In this document: positions 1-7,953 of the stretch, in pieces
Numbering within the stretch: position 1 is the first letter of the stretch
How the letters are laid out: each line of letters opens with the position of its first letter
Origin: a virus
Virus record (IMG/VR): IMGVR_UViG_3300000115_000007
Coordinates: 27,664-91,663 of that record
Strand: one strand, 5' to 3'
DNA: 64,000 nucleotides
The notes under the pieces: model-generated
The model's input: only the letters and a program-made list of their open reading frames with translations
The model's database searches: none
What the model was told of the DNA's origin: nothing
Translations under genes and position numbers: made by a program

Positions 1-1
1 A

Positions 2-133
2 AATAATACTTATGGCGAAAATACGTGGAAAGCATTGGAAATAGGATGTGTAGAAAAGGGCGGTGATCCTATGAATAGAGTTCCAATAATTAATAAAAAC
101 AAAGAGAAAAAACCAGAAGGCATAATGGTATGA
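2..133 (+). CDS. 3' end of a hypothetical protein (5'-truncated by window edge)
   Basis: Open frame NNTYGENTWKALEIGCVEKGGDPMNRVPIINKNKEKKPEGIMV*; stop overlaps next start (ATGA). Confidence 0.55.
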   Translation, partial: NNTYGENTWKALEIGCVEKGGDPMNRVPIINKNKEKKPEGIMV

Positions 134-339
134 CTGAAGAAGAAATTCAACTTGAATTAAACCGGCAAATGTCTGATTATTTTCATGAAGAAAGAATGTT
201 AAGATTTAGACAGAATATCAAAGACGCAGCATTTAGAGCTAAGATGATGGATATGAAAGTAATGCCAGTTGAAAAACAAGAAAGCTATCATGCTTATATA
301 GCTAGACGTTATAAAGAAATAGAGGAACAACTTAAATGA
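130..339 (+). CDS. hypothetical phage protein
   Basis: 69-aa ORF coupled by ATGA overlaps on both sides. Confidence 0.7.
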   Translation: MTEEEIQLELNRQMSDYFHEERMLRFRQNIKDAAFRAKMMDMKVMPVEKQESYHAYIARRYKEIEEQLK

Positions 340-596
340 GTGACATTTTTGATTTTGGATTTACAGCAGTTACAGAAGAAGAACTTGAAGCAGTTCAAGA
401 TGCTGTTCAATCTCAAGCAAGTATTGGAGAAAATTTAGAGGCATTACAGGAAAAAGTCGATAAGCTGTATAATTCAATGATTCCATTACTATCGAATCTA
501 AAGAAAAATCCACAAAAAGATTACATTCATTGGCCAAATAGACTTGAAAAAGTAGAACAATTTGAGGATCTGCTTACTAAAATCTACAAAAGTTAG
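336..596 (+). CDS. hypothetical T4-like phage protein (coiled-coil)
   Basis: 86 aa, GAGGA SD; N-terminal DFGFTAVTEEEL and C-terminal KDYIHWPNR resemble a protein I recall from marine T4-like phages. Confidence 0.7.
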   Translation: MSDIFDFGFTAVTEEELEAVQDAVQSQASIGENLEALQEKVDKLYNSMIPLLSNLKKNPQKDYIHWPNRLEKVEQFEDLLTKIYKS

Positions 597-633
597 TGTA
601 ATATTTTTATCACACTTTTATATATTAATGATT

Positions 634-658
634 AAATGTGCTTTATGCGCATTTTTTT
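634..658 (+). terminator. putative intrinsic terminator
   Basis: AAATGTGC-TTTAT-GCGCATTT stem-loop followed by T-run, downstream of 336..596. Confidence 0.55.
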
Positions 659-659
659 A

Positions 660-688
660 TGTACATTACTCTAAAAACAGTGTATTCT
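660..688 (+). promoter_or_regulatory. early sigma70-type promoter
   Basis: TGTACA-N17-TATTCT, then GGAGA SD and ATG at 713. Confidence 0.7.
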
Positions 689-712
689 ATACCTACAAAA
701 GGAGAATACAAC

Positions 713-886
713 ATGACAGAATATAGAGAAATTGCTAAGATGCTTCGCCAGATGCTCGCTAATACACAATCAGCAGAAGATGCAATTCCGGCTGGTGATA
801 TCATGGCTTTGTCAGAAGTCTTCGATAATAAGGCCGATTCTATCGAGATGGATATGATTGTAGAAATGCAAAGGGATGCAGTATGA
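713..886 (+). CDS. hypothetical early protein
   Basis: Start moved to ATG 713 (SD GGAGA at 701-705); MTEYREIAKMLRQ... Confidence 0.65.
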   Translation: MTEYREIAKMLRQMLANTQSAEDAIPAGDIMALSEVFDNKADSIEMDMIVEMQRDAV

Positions 887-1524
887 TTTTCTATCGCCCT
901 CACCAAAAGTCAGTTGTAGTTGACCTTAAAGAAAAAGGTTGGCATGGCGAAACAATTATGAAGTTTCTTGATTATGTAAATAAGAAAGAAACTTTGATTG
1001 AAACTGGTCGTAAGAATGGTAAACATTCTCGGGACTCAGCTAAATCAAAAGTTTATAGCGCTGAGTTTAAGTACGAACGTACTTATGGATATGGTAAAAA
1101 GTTTAAAAATCTTGAAGAAGCTCAAAAATATTGTGACAAAATTTTAGCTTCAAAGACTTGGAAAAAAATATCAACTGCTGGTGTAAAGAATATTGCTTTG
1201 GCTGAAATGTCTGGTAGCAGGACAATGGGCAGAGCATGGTCTCATAATATTGATCTTAATCGTAAAAGCGGTTTAAATCAATATGTTCTTCTCCATGAGA
1301 TGGCACATAGCGCAGGCAATATGCACCACGATGTACGCTTTCGTATTAATCTTCTTAAACTGGTTTCTCGTTTTATTGGCAGCGAACAAGCTGCTTATCT
1401 TAAAGCTTGCTTCAAAGAAAAGAAGTTGAAAGTTACTGAGTCATCAAATATCAAATCTCCAGAAGTCTGGAAAAAAGGATATGATCGACTCACTGCTGCT
1501 CGTAAGCTAATAGAAAGGGAATAA
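883..1524 (+). CDS. HEXXH metallohydrolase (Rv0185/TIGR04338-like)
   Basis: RDSAKSKVYSAE near the N-terminus, YVLLHEMAH zinc motif and downstream HH..F. Confidence 0.65.
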   Translation: MIFYRPHQKSVVVDLKEKGWHGETIMKFLDYVNKKETLIETGRKNGKHSRDSAKSKVYSAEFKYERTYGYGKKFKNLEEAQKYCDKILASKTWKKISTAGVKNIALAEMSGSRTMGRAWSHNIDLNRKSGLNQYVLLHEMAHSAGNMHHDVRFRINLLKLVSRFIGSEQAAYLKACFKEKKLKVTESSNIKSPEVWKKGYDRLTAARKLIERE

Positions 1525-1527
1525 AAA

Positions 1528-1737
1528 ATGAAAATATGTCAGCCAGCTTTAAAAGATTATCACGATTTAGAATTTATTTCTAAGCTGGTGTCAAAACGGT
1601 TGGCTGACAACATCGATGACAAATTGATTATTGAAGAAGTAAAGAACAAAGTAGGATCAACCTACATGGAATATACGATGAAACAAATTGAGGTACAAAA
1701 ATGTTCGAGCAATCAATCCTCGAAGGCATCTTCCTAG
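1528..1737 (+). CDS. hypothetical protein
   Basis: 69-aa ORF in co-oriented operon with AGGGA SD. Confidence 0.55.
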   Translation: MKICQPALKDYHDLEFISKLVSKRLADNIDDKLIIEEVKNKVGSTYMEYTMKQIEVQKCSSNQSSKASS

Positions 1738-1766
1738 CATGTCTTCTTATAGTAATGTTAACATAG
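1701..1766 (+). CDS. putative 21-aa hydrophobic micro-protein
   Basis: MFEQSILEGIFLACLLIVMLT*, GAGGT SD 6 nt upstream; stop overlaps the SD of the next gene. Confidence 0.4.
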   Translation: MFEQSILEGIFLACLLIVMLT

Positions 1767-1776
1767 GAGAAATATA

Positions 1777-1983
1777 ATGGCATATGATAAACGTCATGGT
1801 GGGCCATATGATAGAGGATCAGCAGATAGCTGGTATCGCCGTAATTCAGAGCCGCACTATTGGACTGGTGGATCTTATCAGGGTGAACATATCACTGAAA
1901 ATCAAATGACGAAAGAAGAAATAGAAGCTTATTGGGCTGGATTTGATGAAAATGAAGCTTCGGGTTGTCATAAAGAGTGGTAA
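1777..1983 (+). CDS. conserved phage hypothetical protein
   Basis: HGGPYDRGSADSWYRR motif, AGGAGA SD. Confidence 0.75.
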   Translation: MAYDKRHGGPYDRGSADSWYRRNSEPHYWTGGSYQGEHITENQMTKEEIEAYWAGFDENEASGCHKEW

Positions 1984-2016
1984 TAATATTGTGACAAATA
2001 TGTTACATCTATAATT

Positions 2017-2042
2017 AAATGCACCTCCGGGTGCATTTTTTG
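2017..2042 (+). terminator. intrinsic terminator / stem-loop
   Basis: AAATGCACC-TCCG-GGTGCATTT perfect 9-bp stem followed by T-run. Confidence 0.7.
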
Positions 2043-2043
2043 T

Positions 2044-2072
2044 TGTACGTTCCATTTAAAATATGGTACAAA
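2044..2072 (+). promoter_or_regulatory. probable early promoter
   Basis: TGTACG-N17-TACAAA with TGn extension; leader TCAAATGGAGA shared with the promoter at 2929. Confidence 0.5.
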
Positions 2073-2095
2073 GGTAGTATCAAATGGAGATAAAC

Positions 2096-2308
2096 ATGAC
2101 ATACACACTTTTAAATCAAAACCAAACTTCTACAACTACTTTCAACACCATTCCTCAAATCATTTCTCATATCAAATCACTAAATCTTCCATCATCTACT
2201 CAACATCTTATTTTTCCACCTCATAATCCAACAACTTCCGTATTCTTTCTCTTAACCTTAAATCAACTTATTAAAACATTCAAAAATACCCCACACGAAC
2301 TTAATTAA
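2096..2308 (+). CDS. hypothetical early protein (almost G-free coding strand)
   Basis: GGAGA SD, ATG 2096; only 3 G in 213 nt. Confidence 0.55.
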   Translation: MTYTLLNQNQTSTTTFNTIPQIISHIKSLNLPSSTQHLIFPPHNPTTSVFFLLTLNQLIKTFKNTPHELN

Positions 2309-2333
2309 AAAAATTATACAACGGAGAAACTAT

Positions 2334-2525
2334 ATGAAATCTTTTACTTTTCAACCTAACCCAACCTTTCAATTTTCACTTCTTCCGATCTTTACTGAAG
2401 GATTAGGGATTGACTACACAATCAATCCCGATAAAACTGTTACTTTCTCTTCAAATGATGAGGATGCTCTTGAAGAATGCTGGGAACAACTATACGACGA
2501 TCCCTTTGACCTCATGGCGGTATAA
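2334..2525 (+). CDS. hypothetical early protein
   Basis: GGAGA SD, 63 aa, acidic C-terminus. Confidence 0.7.
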   Translation: MKSFTFQPNPTFQFSLLPIFTEGLGIDYTINPDKTVTFSSNDEDALEECWEQLYDDPFDLMAV

Positions 2526-2529
2526 TAAT

Positions 2530-2925
2530 ATGATTCTTGATACAATCAATCTTCCAAAAAAGATTAAACCAGAAATGATTGACTCAATTGTTAATCATGC
2601 AAACGAGGTTCTTGATCTTTCAGATCTCGATGAGCTAGTAATTCGTTTTAAAGCACATAATGATGCTTGTGGTTACTTCGATGGATTTGATGATGACTCT
2701 ACTGCTGGTATTGAAGTCAACACAAAAAATACTATCGATGAGATTGTTACTACAATATTTCATGAGCTTGTACATGTACAGCAAGTTCTTCACGGAGTCT
2801 TTGATGACTTTGAAAAAACTTGGAATGGAGAGTCATTCGGACATCTTGATTACAATGATCGTCCGTGGGAGATAGATGCATTTAAAAAAGAAAAAGAGCT
2901 TTTTTCTTCCTGGAACCGCATTTAA
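2530..2925 (+). CDS. putative zinc metallopeptidase (HEXXH)
   Basis: TIFHELVHVQQ and YNDRPWEIDA motifs; start moved to ATG 2530. Confidence 0.7.
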   Translation: MILDTINLPKKIKPEMIDSIVNHANEVLDLSDLDELVIRFKAHNDACGYFDGFDDDSTAGIEVNTKNTIDEIVTTIFHELVHVQQVLHGVFDDFEKTWNGESFGHLDYNDRPWEIDAFKKEKELFSSWNRI

Positions 2926-2928
2926 CTG

Positions 2929-2957
2929 TGTACATTACCTTAAAACTGTGGTAGTAT
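2929..2957 (+). promoter_or_regulatory. early sigma70-type promoter
   Basis: TGTACA-N17-TAGTAT with extended -10 TGn. Confidence 0.7.
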
Positions 2958-2982
2958 GATCTTAAATCAAATGGAGAGTATC

Positions 2983-3273
2983 ATGATTGCAACAAATATG
3001 GCAGACCGTCTTGCATTGATTGCAGCAATTGCTGAAAAGCAAAAAAACGAAAAGGCTCGTAAAGAGCGGTTGTCAACTATTCGCAAAAACACTGCAAAAG
3101 TTCGTATCGTTGCTCGTAAAAAGCGTACAGCTGAAGATAAAAAGCTTTCGGATTTTACTGGCGGTCAGGAAAATATCAATCACTATACCGATGCATCTAA
3201 GTATGCTAAAACACACTATGGCGAGACACTCCACGAAACAACTCGTCATGATACAGATTGGGGAGACTACTAA
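2983..3273 (+). CDS. hypothetical basic early protein
   Basis: GGAGA SD, ATG 2983; Lys/Arg-rich. Confidence 0.7.
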   Translation: MIATNMADRLALIAAIAEKQKNEKARKERLSTIRKNTAKVRIVARKKRTAEDKKLSDFTGGQENINHYTDASKYAKTHYGETLHETTRHDTDWGDY

Positions 3274-3449
3274 TGATTAATCCATTATGGATCGCATTCA
3301 CTCTATTTTTCGGTGGGCTTGGTATTTGTCTTATAATACTAGACTCGCTTTCAGGATACCTAATGTGCTTCGGTGTATTGGGTTGGTTGTTTGTAGCAAA
3401 CAATACAGGTCAATTGTTTATTGAAGAAGATGATGAAGAGGATTACTAG
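3273..3449 (+). CDS. small membrane protein
   Basis: MINPLWIAF..., two hydrophobic segments, acidic tail; TAATG coupling. Confidence 0.65.
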   Translation: MINPLWIAFTLFFGGLGICLIILDSLSGYLMCFGVLGWLFVANNTGQLFIEEDDEEDY

Positions 3450-3451
3450 TA

Positions 3452-3577
3452 ATGTATGAATTGTTAGAAAGCCTCGCTTTTGTTTTCCTTGTAAGTGTAC
3501 TTATAGGAATTATGCTGATGCAAGCGGCCGCTTTAGTATGGATGTTCTGGGATATGTTTATACGTAAGGATATGTAA
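3452..3577 (+). CDS. small membrane protein (41 aa, not in ORF track)
   Basis: MYELLESLAFVFLVSVLIGIMLMQAAALVWMFWDMFIRKDM*; GAGGA SD; TAATG overlap with next gene. Confidence 0.6.
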   Translation: MYELLESLAFVFLVSVLIGIMLMQAAALVWMFWDMFIRKDM

Positions 3578-4104
3578 TGGAAGATTGTAAAACATTTGCA
3601 AAAGCATTTTCATTTGCAGAACGTGCTCACGCCAATCAAAAACGTAAGTACACCGATGAAAAATATTTTTCGCATTGTGTAGCGGTTTCTGATATGATCG
3701 AAGAGTACTTGGATACGCACGTGGTTGATGTCTCAACCACTGTGGCTATGTCTGTGGCGATTCTTCATGATGTTGTTGAAGATACATCATTTGATCACAT
3801 GGACATCAGAGAGCGGTTTTCAGACGAGATTGCAATGGGCGTATGGTTTCTAACTAACACTGAATTGTTTGTTGGTAATCGATCACTTCGAAAAGAACTT
3901 GATCGTGATCGTTTAGCAAAAGCTCCAGGTTGGGTAAAACTAATCAAGAAGTTTGATATTGAGCACAATCGTGAAAGTATCAAAAAGCATGATCCAAAAT
4001 TCTATAGAATATTCAAGCAAGAAACTGATGAATTGCTTGAAGCTATGGGTATGCACGACGACGAATACTATAATGGTCCAGCTGATATTCAGCTGGCATT
4101 TTAA
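3577..4104 (+). CDS. HD-domain phosphohydrolase, SpoT/Mesh1 (small alarmone hydrolase)-like
   Basis: AHANQKRK...YFSH...AILHDVVEDT...IKKFDIEHN motifs. Confidence 0.8.
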   Translation: MEDCKTFAKAFSFAERAHANQKRKYTDEKYFSHCVAVSDMIEEYLDTHVVDVSTTVAMSVAILHDVVEDTSFDHMDIRERFSDEIAMGVWFLTNTELFVGNRSLRKELDRDRLAKAPGWVKLIKKFDIEHNRESIKKHDPKFYRIFKQETDELLEAMGMHDDEYYNGPADIQLAF

Positions 4105-4116
4105 AGGAGGACAATA

Positions 4117-4491
4117 GTGGTATCAGAAATTCAAACGCACGGTTTTGAAAAGGAGGAAAATGAACATGATGTTGTGGACAAGGTTTATTTAGATATTAAT
4201 CCTCGTCCACAGCAATCTGAAGTCGTTCAATCACTTAAAAATCAAGCAGGTGAAGAATGGAAGGCCAGATGCACTGAGCATTATGCTTGGAAAGCAGCTG
4301 AATATATTATTGAGCTTGAAAACGCTTTGGAAAAAGAAAAAGAAATACAAGATCATATGTGGAAATCTATAAGTCGTATCGAACGGCAAAGAGATGAAGC
4401 AGACAACACTAATAAATTCTTAAGAAAACTTATTAACAAGTATCATTTAGAAAATGATGCATTTACCGGAAAGGGTAATATCAATGACTGA
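4117..4491 (+). CDS. hypothetical coiled-coil protein
   Basis: GTG start with AAGGAGG SD. Confidence 0.65.
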   Translation: MVSEIQTHGFEKEENEHDVVDKVYLDINPRPQQSEVVQSLKNQAGEEWKARCTEHYAWKAAEYIIELENALEKEKEIQDHMWKSISRIERQRDEADNTNKFLRKLINKYHLENDAFTGKGNIND

Positions 4492-4768
4492 AGATCGTGA
4501 TAACTATATGAATATGCTTACATCAGGAGTATGCGAGGTAACCTTTACAAAAGTAAATGGCGATAAGCGAGTTATGACTTGCACTTTGCTAGAAGGTATG
4601 ATTCCATCGGCTGAAAAAGATGAACCTATTACTCAAAAGAAAGTTCGTGCTGTAAATCCTGAAGTCATTCCATGCTGGGATACGAACGCAGAAGGCTGGC
4701 GGTCTTTTCGTGTTGATAGCGTACAGGAATGTAAATATGTTTATCGCCCAAAAGTTTATTCTATGTAA
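4484..4768 (+). CDS. SH3/WYL-like beta-barrel protein (DUF2693-like)
   Basis: VTFTKVNGDKRVMTCTL ... WD....GWRSFRVD motif. Confidence 0.75.
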   Translation: MTEDRDNYMNMLTSGVCEVTFTKVNGDKRVMTCTLLEGMIPSAEKDEPITQKKVRAVNPEVIPCWDTNAEGWRSFRVDSVQECKYVYRPKVYSM

Positions 4769-4781
4769 ATCAAAATAATCA

Positions 4782-4810
4782 TTTACAATTGCTTAAAAGT
4801 GTGATAGATT
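4782..4810 (+). promoter_or_regulatory. early sigma70-type promoter
   Basis: TTTACA-N17-TAGATT with TGn. Confidence 0.7.
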
Positions 4811-4852
4811 AATAGAGTAGGAAGAATCACTTGTCACTGAAAGGACAAAAAA

Positions 4853-5104
4853 ATGACTATATCTATATGGGGTGATGATAACATCGACGAGTGGTTGACA
4901 CGAGTAGAGATAGCATTAGACGAGTGGGATCAGAGCGAAGTTTGTAAGAATTGTGATGGTTCTGGTGTTGTCGAGATTTCAAAAATAGAATGTGAATTTT
5001 GTTTTGGAACTGGTTATGAAGAAAGAGATGAAGCATCAAACGAAAAAGGAATATACAATGTCTATGCACATGATTCAAGGTGTTCAAGTACACGGAAAAT
5101 CTAA
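4853..5104 (+). CDS. hypothetical protein with DnaJ-type zinc-finger repeats
   Basis: CKNCDGSG and CEFCFGTG (CxxCxGxG). Confidence 0.6.
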   Translation: MTISIWGDDNIDEWLTRVEIALDEWDQSEVCKNCDGSGVVEISKIECEFCFGTGYEERDEASNEKGIYNVYAHDSRCSSTRKI

Positions 5105-5390
5105 AATCAAAAAGAAGCCTGGTTGGAAAGAAAGAGAAGCTGAACATCAAGCTTTTCTTGATCGTATGGGTGTGAAAGGTACTAAACAAGACTATCGTCA
5201 TGAACGGCCAAAATTTAAAGTTTCAAGAGATCAATTATCAAATAGTATTGATAATGGTACACTAAAAGAAACGAATAAATATACAGGTAATGAGATTGCT
5301 GGTATTGTTGTAACACACAAAAGTAATCTTATGCCAATTCGTAAAGACAACAAACAGGCAGCAGTTGATGCAGCGAGTATGCGTAGATGA
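5058..5390 (+). CDS. conserved T4-like phage hypothetical protein
   Basis: AAGGA SD, ATG 5058; C-terminal KYTG..IAGI...HKSNLMPI...A.MRR motif. Confidence 0.7.
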   Translation: MSMHMIQGVQVHGKSKIKKKPGWKEREAEHQAFLDRMGVKGTKQDYRHERPKFKVSRDQLSNSIDNGTLKETNKYTGNEIAGIVVTHKSNLMPIRKDNKQAAVDAASMRR

Positions 5391-5674
5391 TTTTAGATAA
5401 GCACGTTACTAAAGTAATTAGTAATAATGTAAATATGACGGTGCCATATTATCTTATGGCATCGTATGCTTATTATGAGAAAGACGATCCAATATTATCT
5501 GATGATTTTTATGATAAATTAGCAAAAAATATTCTTAAGCAATGGGACAATATTGAACACTATCATAAACATCTACTAAGCAAGGATGTTTTAGAAGCAG
5601 GCAGTTACATTGGAAAATATCCAACTATCATCTCAGAGGCCCTTAAGAGCTTAAGAAAGACTACTAAGAAATGA
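5387..5674 (+). CDS. stand-alone NAD-dependent DNA ligase domain Ia-like protein
   Basis: YAYYEKDDPILSDDFYDKL matches the YY..D.P.ISD.EYD.L motif of LigA domain Ia. Confidence 0.7.
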   Translation: MILDKHVTKVISNNVNMTVPYYLMASYAYYEKDDPILSDDFYDKLAKNILKQWDNIEHYHKHLLSKDVLEAGSYIGKYPTIISEALKSLRKTTKK

Positions 5675-5790
5675 ATCAGGACGATAGAGACTTTATCATT
5701 AATGCAGTGAATCGACTTCTAAAGGTCCCTTACGCAGCTCTTACTAATGCTGAAATTGTTAAATTAAAAGGTTTACTTAGAAAATTATGA
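5671..5790 (+). CDS. hypothetical 39-aa protein (not in ORF track)
   Basis: MNQDDRDFIINAVNRLLKVPYAALTNAEIVKLKGLLRKL*, ATGA overlaps on both sides. Confidence 0.55.
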   Translation: MNQDDRDFIINAVNRLLKVPYAALTNAEIVKLKGLLRKL

Positions 5791-6014
5791 TTACAGTTGA
5801 ACATAAATATGATCATAGTATTATTACCATTTTAGATAATAATGGAAAAACTGACGACGTTGAAATTATTGTTGATGAAGAACTTTGCTATATTCGTCAA
5901 TACACTGATGACGATGATTTTAATATTGTGGTAATATCACCATATATGTTAAAAGAATTAGTAGCAGCATATGATATGGCTGAAGGCTCGTATGTTACTG
6001 CAGGTAAATCATAA
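5787..6014 (+). CDS. hypothetical acidic protein
   Basis: 75-aa coupled ORF. Confidence 0.65.
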   Translation: MITVEHKYDHSIITILDNNGKTDDVEIIVDEELCYIRQYTDDDDFNIVVISPYMLKELVAAYDMAEGSYVTAGKS

Positions 6015-6040
6015 AAAAATAAAAAAAATGCATTTAAGGG

Positions 6041-6069
6041 TTTACAATGACTCCTATTTGTGTTAGAAT
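6041..6069 (+). promoter_or_regulatory. early sigma70-type promoter
   Basis: TTTACA-N17-TAGAAT with TGn, A-tract upstream, AAGGAG SD downstream. Confidence 0.75.
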
Positions 6070-6092
6070 AACTATACGTTAAGGAGAAAACT

Positions 6093-6305
6093 ATGTTTAT
6101 GTTCGAATTTGGTTTACTGGTATTTGGCATTATTATTACTTCTTATGTTCTTGGTCGTAGAAGTGCAAAAGAAGAAAACGTTGAAGGTATAGTCGATATT
6201 GTAATTACTAGACTATGTCACGAAGGCTATATTCATTATGAAGAAATGGATGATGGCGATTATGACTTGATTAAGATAAAGGACTATGATAATGGTAGCA
6301 CGTAA
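6093..6305 (+). CDS. small membrane-anchored protein
   Basis: N-terminal TM segment, AAGGAG SD. Confidence 0.65.
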   Translation: MFMFEFGLLVFGIIITSYVLGRRSAKEENVEGIVDIVITRLCHEGYIHYEEMDDGDYDLIKIKDYDNGST

Positions 6306-7419
6306 GACAGCAAAAAGAGCTAAAGTTAAACCAACATTTTCTCGACGTGCAAGAACTGGTTTTGCGGCTGCGCCTCAAGATAACTTTCGTAATTTTAATG
6401 ATTACGTCCGAACAGAAGTTGATAAGAAAGATGTTATAAGCAAGATTAAGTCTTATATCAGAAAAGTTGTTCCTAAAACTGATGCCAAAATAGCCATGGA
6501 AGCGCCTGAGTGGTCCTTTGCGGGTCTACCTTTATTGGCATCTACTATCGTATGGAAAGAAATGGATAAAGAATTCCCAGCATGGTGGGATGCTGATAAG
6601 GTTCTGAAAAAGCATGTAAAAGAATTACTAGCGCGCGGTAGAGCTAAACAAGCTGAAAAGGCTAATAAGCCAGAAGAAACTGGTCCAGTAAAGAAAACCA
6701 TTCAAGAAATTATTCAAGAGCGTACGTCTGAATTTATCGGCGGAATTGATAATGTCGTAGATAATTGGGAAACTGCTGGCGACTATTCAGTCTATGACGA
6801 ATTAAAGAAAATCGATGCTCCATATAATATGGCTAAGACTGCTTTTGCGTATTATACACCTCAGATGAATGAAATCAATGAGCTTGTCAATGATAAGCCT
6901 GAAGATCTTCTTGAGGCATATTCAAGCTGGTCAACATCACGTCGTAAAAAATATCTAAAATTTCTTACCGAACTATGTGCTGAAATCGAAAAGTATATGG
7001 CTTCGAAAAAAGCTTTGCGTGCTACTCGTAAACCCAAAGTTAAAACTGCAGACAAACAGGTTGAAAAACTTAACTATGCAAAAGAGTCGAAAGAATATAA
7101 GCTAACATCTATTACGCCTACTTCAATTATCGGTGCAATGCGGCTTTATACTTTCAATACGAAATATAGAGAATTAACTGAATATGTGTGTCAAAAGGCA
7201 ATTGGCTTTGAAGTCAAAGGTACTACTATTCTCGGATTGGATGCTGACCTATGTCGGAGCACACGTCTCCGTAAGCCTGATGAATTTATTCCAGCAATCT
7301 TGAGTAAATCATCAACACAGATCAATAAAGAATGGTCAAAGCTTACGACTAAAACATCAAAAAATGTTAATGGTCGTATTAATAAAGATGTTATCATATT
7401 AAGAGCTTTGGCAAAGTAG
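6292..7419 (+). CDS. basic hypothetical protein upstream of gp33
   Basis: ~375-aa Lys-rich ORF with AAGGA SD; function not recognised. Confidence 0.75.
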   Translation: MVARKTAKRAKVKPTFSRRARTGFAAAPQDNFRNFNDYVRTEVDKKDVISKIKSYIRKVVPKTDAKIAMEAPEWSFAGLPLLASTIVWKEMDKEFPAWWDADKVLKKHVKELLARGRAKQAEKANKPEETGPVKKTIQEIIQERTSEFIGGIDNVVDNWETAGDYSVYDELKKIDAPYNMAKTAFAYYTPQMNEINELVNDKPEDLLEAYSSWSTSRRKKYLKFLTELCAEIEKYMASKKALRATRKPKVKTADKQVEKLNYAKESKEYKLTSITPTSIIGAMRLYTFNTKYRELTEYVCQKAIGFEVKGTTILGLDADLCRSTRLRKPDEFIPAILSKSSTQINKEWSKLTTKTSKNVNGRINKDVIILRALAK

Positions 7420-7430
7420 AAAGGAATAAA

Positions 7431-7664
7431 ATGAGCGAAGAAATACAATTTATGAATCGTGCAAAATTTAGTAAAATTATTGAATCACAGGTAATTGATA
7501 AGAAGCTATCGTATATGGACGCAGTAATTGAAACATGTGATATGACAAATATCGATCCACAAGATGTTAAAAAGTTTATCTCAAAAGTAATTAAAGAAAA
7601 AATCGAGGCTGAAGCGATGAGTCTTAATTTTTTACCAAAACAAAATGAATTGCTATTTGAATGA
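7431..7664 (+). CDS. gp33: late promoter transcription co-activator
   Basis: LSYMDAVIETC...KVIKEKIEAEAMSLNFLPK typical of gp33; near gp32. Confidence 0.88.
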   Translation: MSEEIQFMNRAKFSKIIESQVIDKKLSYMDAVIETCDMTNIDPQDVKKFISKVIKEKIEAEAMSLNFLPKQNELLFE

Positions 7665-7837
7665 TACGTTGGTACGATTATGTAGCAGTGGCCATCATGA
7701 CAGTGTTTATATTTCCAGCTGCAATAATGATATTACCGCCAATAATTAATTTAAATGCTATTATACCTCTGTATGCTTCTTGGTATATGTGGGTAATGTA
7801 CTGCGATAAAAGACAGAGTATGGAAAATGACAGATAA
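7661..7837 (+). CDS. small membrane protein (58 aa, not in ORF track)
   Basis: MIRWYDYVAVAIMTVFIFPAAIMILPP..., ATGA coupling. Confidence 0.55.
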   Translation: MIRWYDYVAVAIMTVFIFPAAIMILPPIINLNAIIPLYASWYMWVMYCDKRQSMENDR

Positions 7838-7952
7838 CGAAATACAAGAATTTATTAAAATGTTTAAAGGAGTACTACCAGACCCAGACAACTATCCGAC
7901 AACTTTTGACTATTACTATCAACTATATAAACATATAAAACAAAGGAACTAA
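7827..7952 (+). CDS. small hypothetical protein (41 aa, not in ORF track)
   Basis: MTDNEIQEFIKMFKGVLPDPDNYPTTFDYYYQLYKHIKQRN*; resembles small ORFs I recall upstream of gp32 in marine T4-like phages. Confidence 0.55.
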   Translation: MTDNEIQEFIKMFKGVLPDPDNYPTTFDYYYQLYKHIKQRN

Positions 7953-7953
7953 A

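Noticed and set aside
638-5057. Longest-ORF starts given in the track (638, 2084, 2410, 2956, 4454, 4992)
   Set aside because: They overlap promoters or upstream genes; downstream ATGs with SD or coupling are more plausible.
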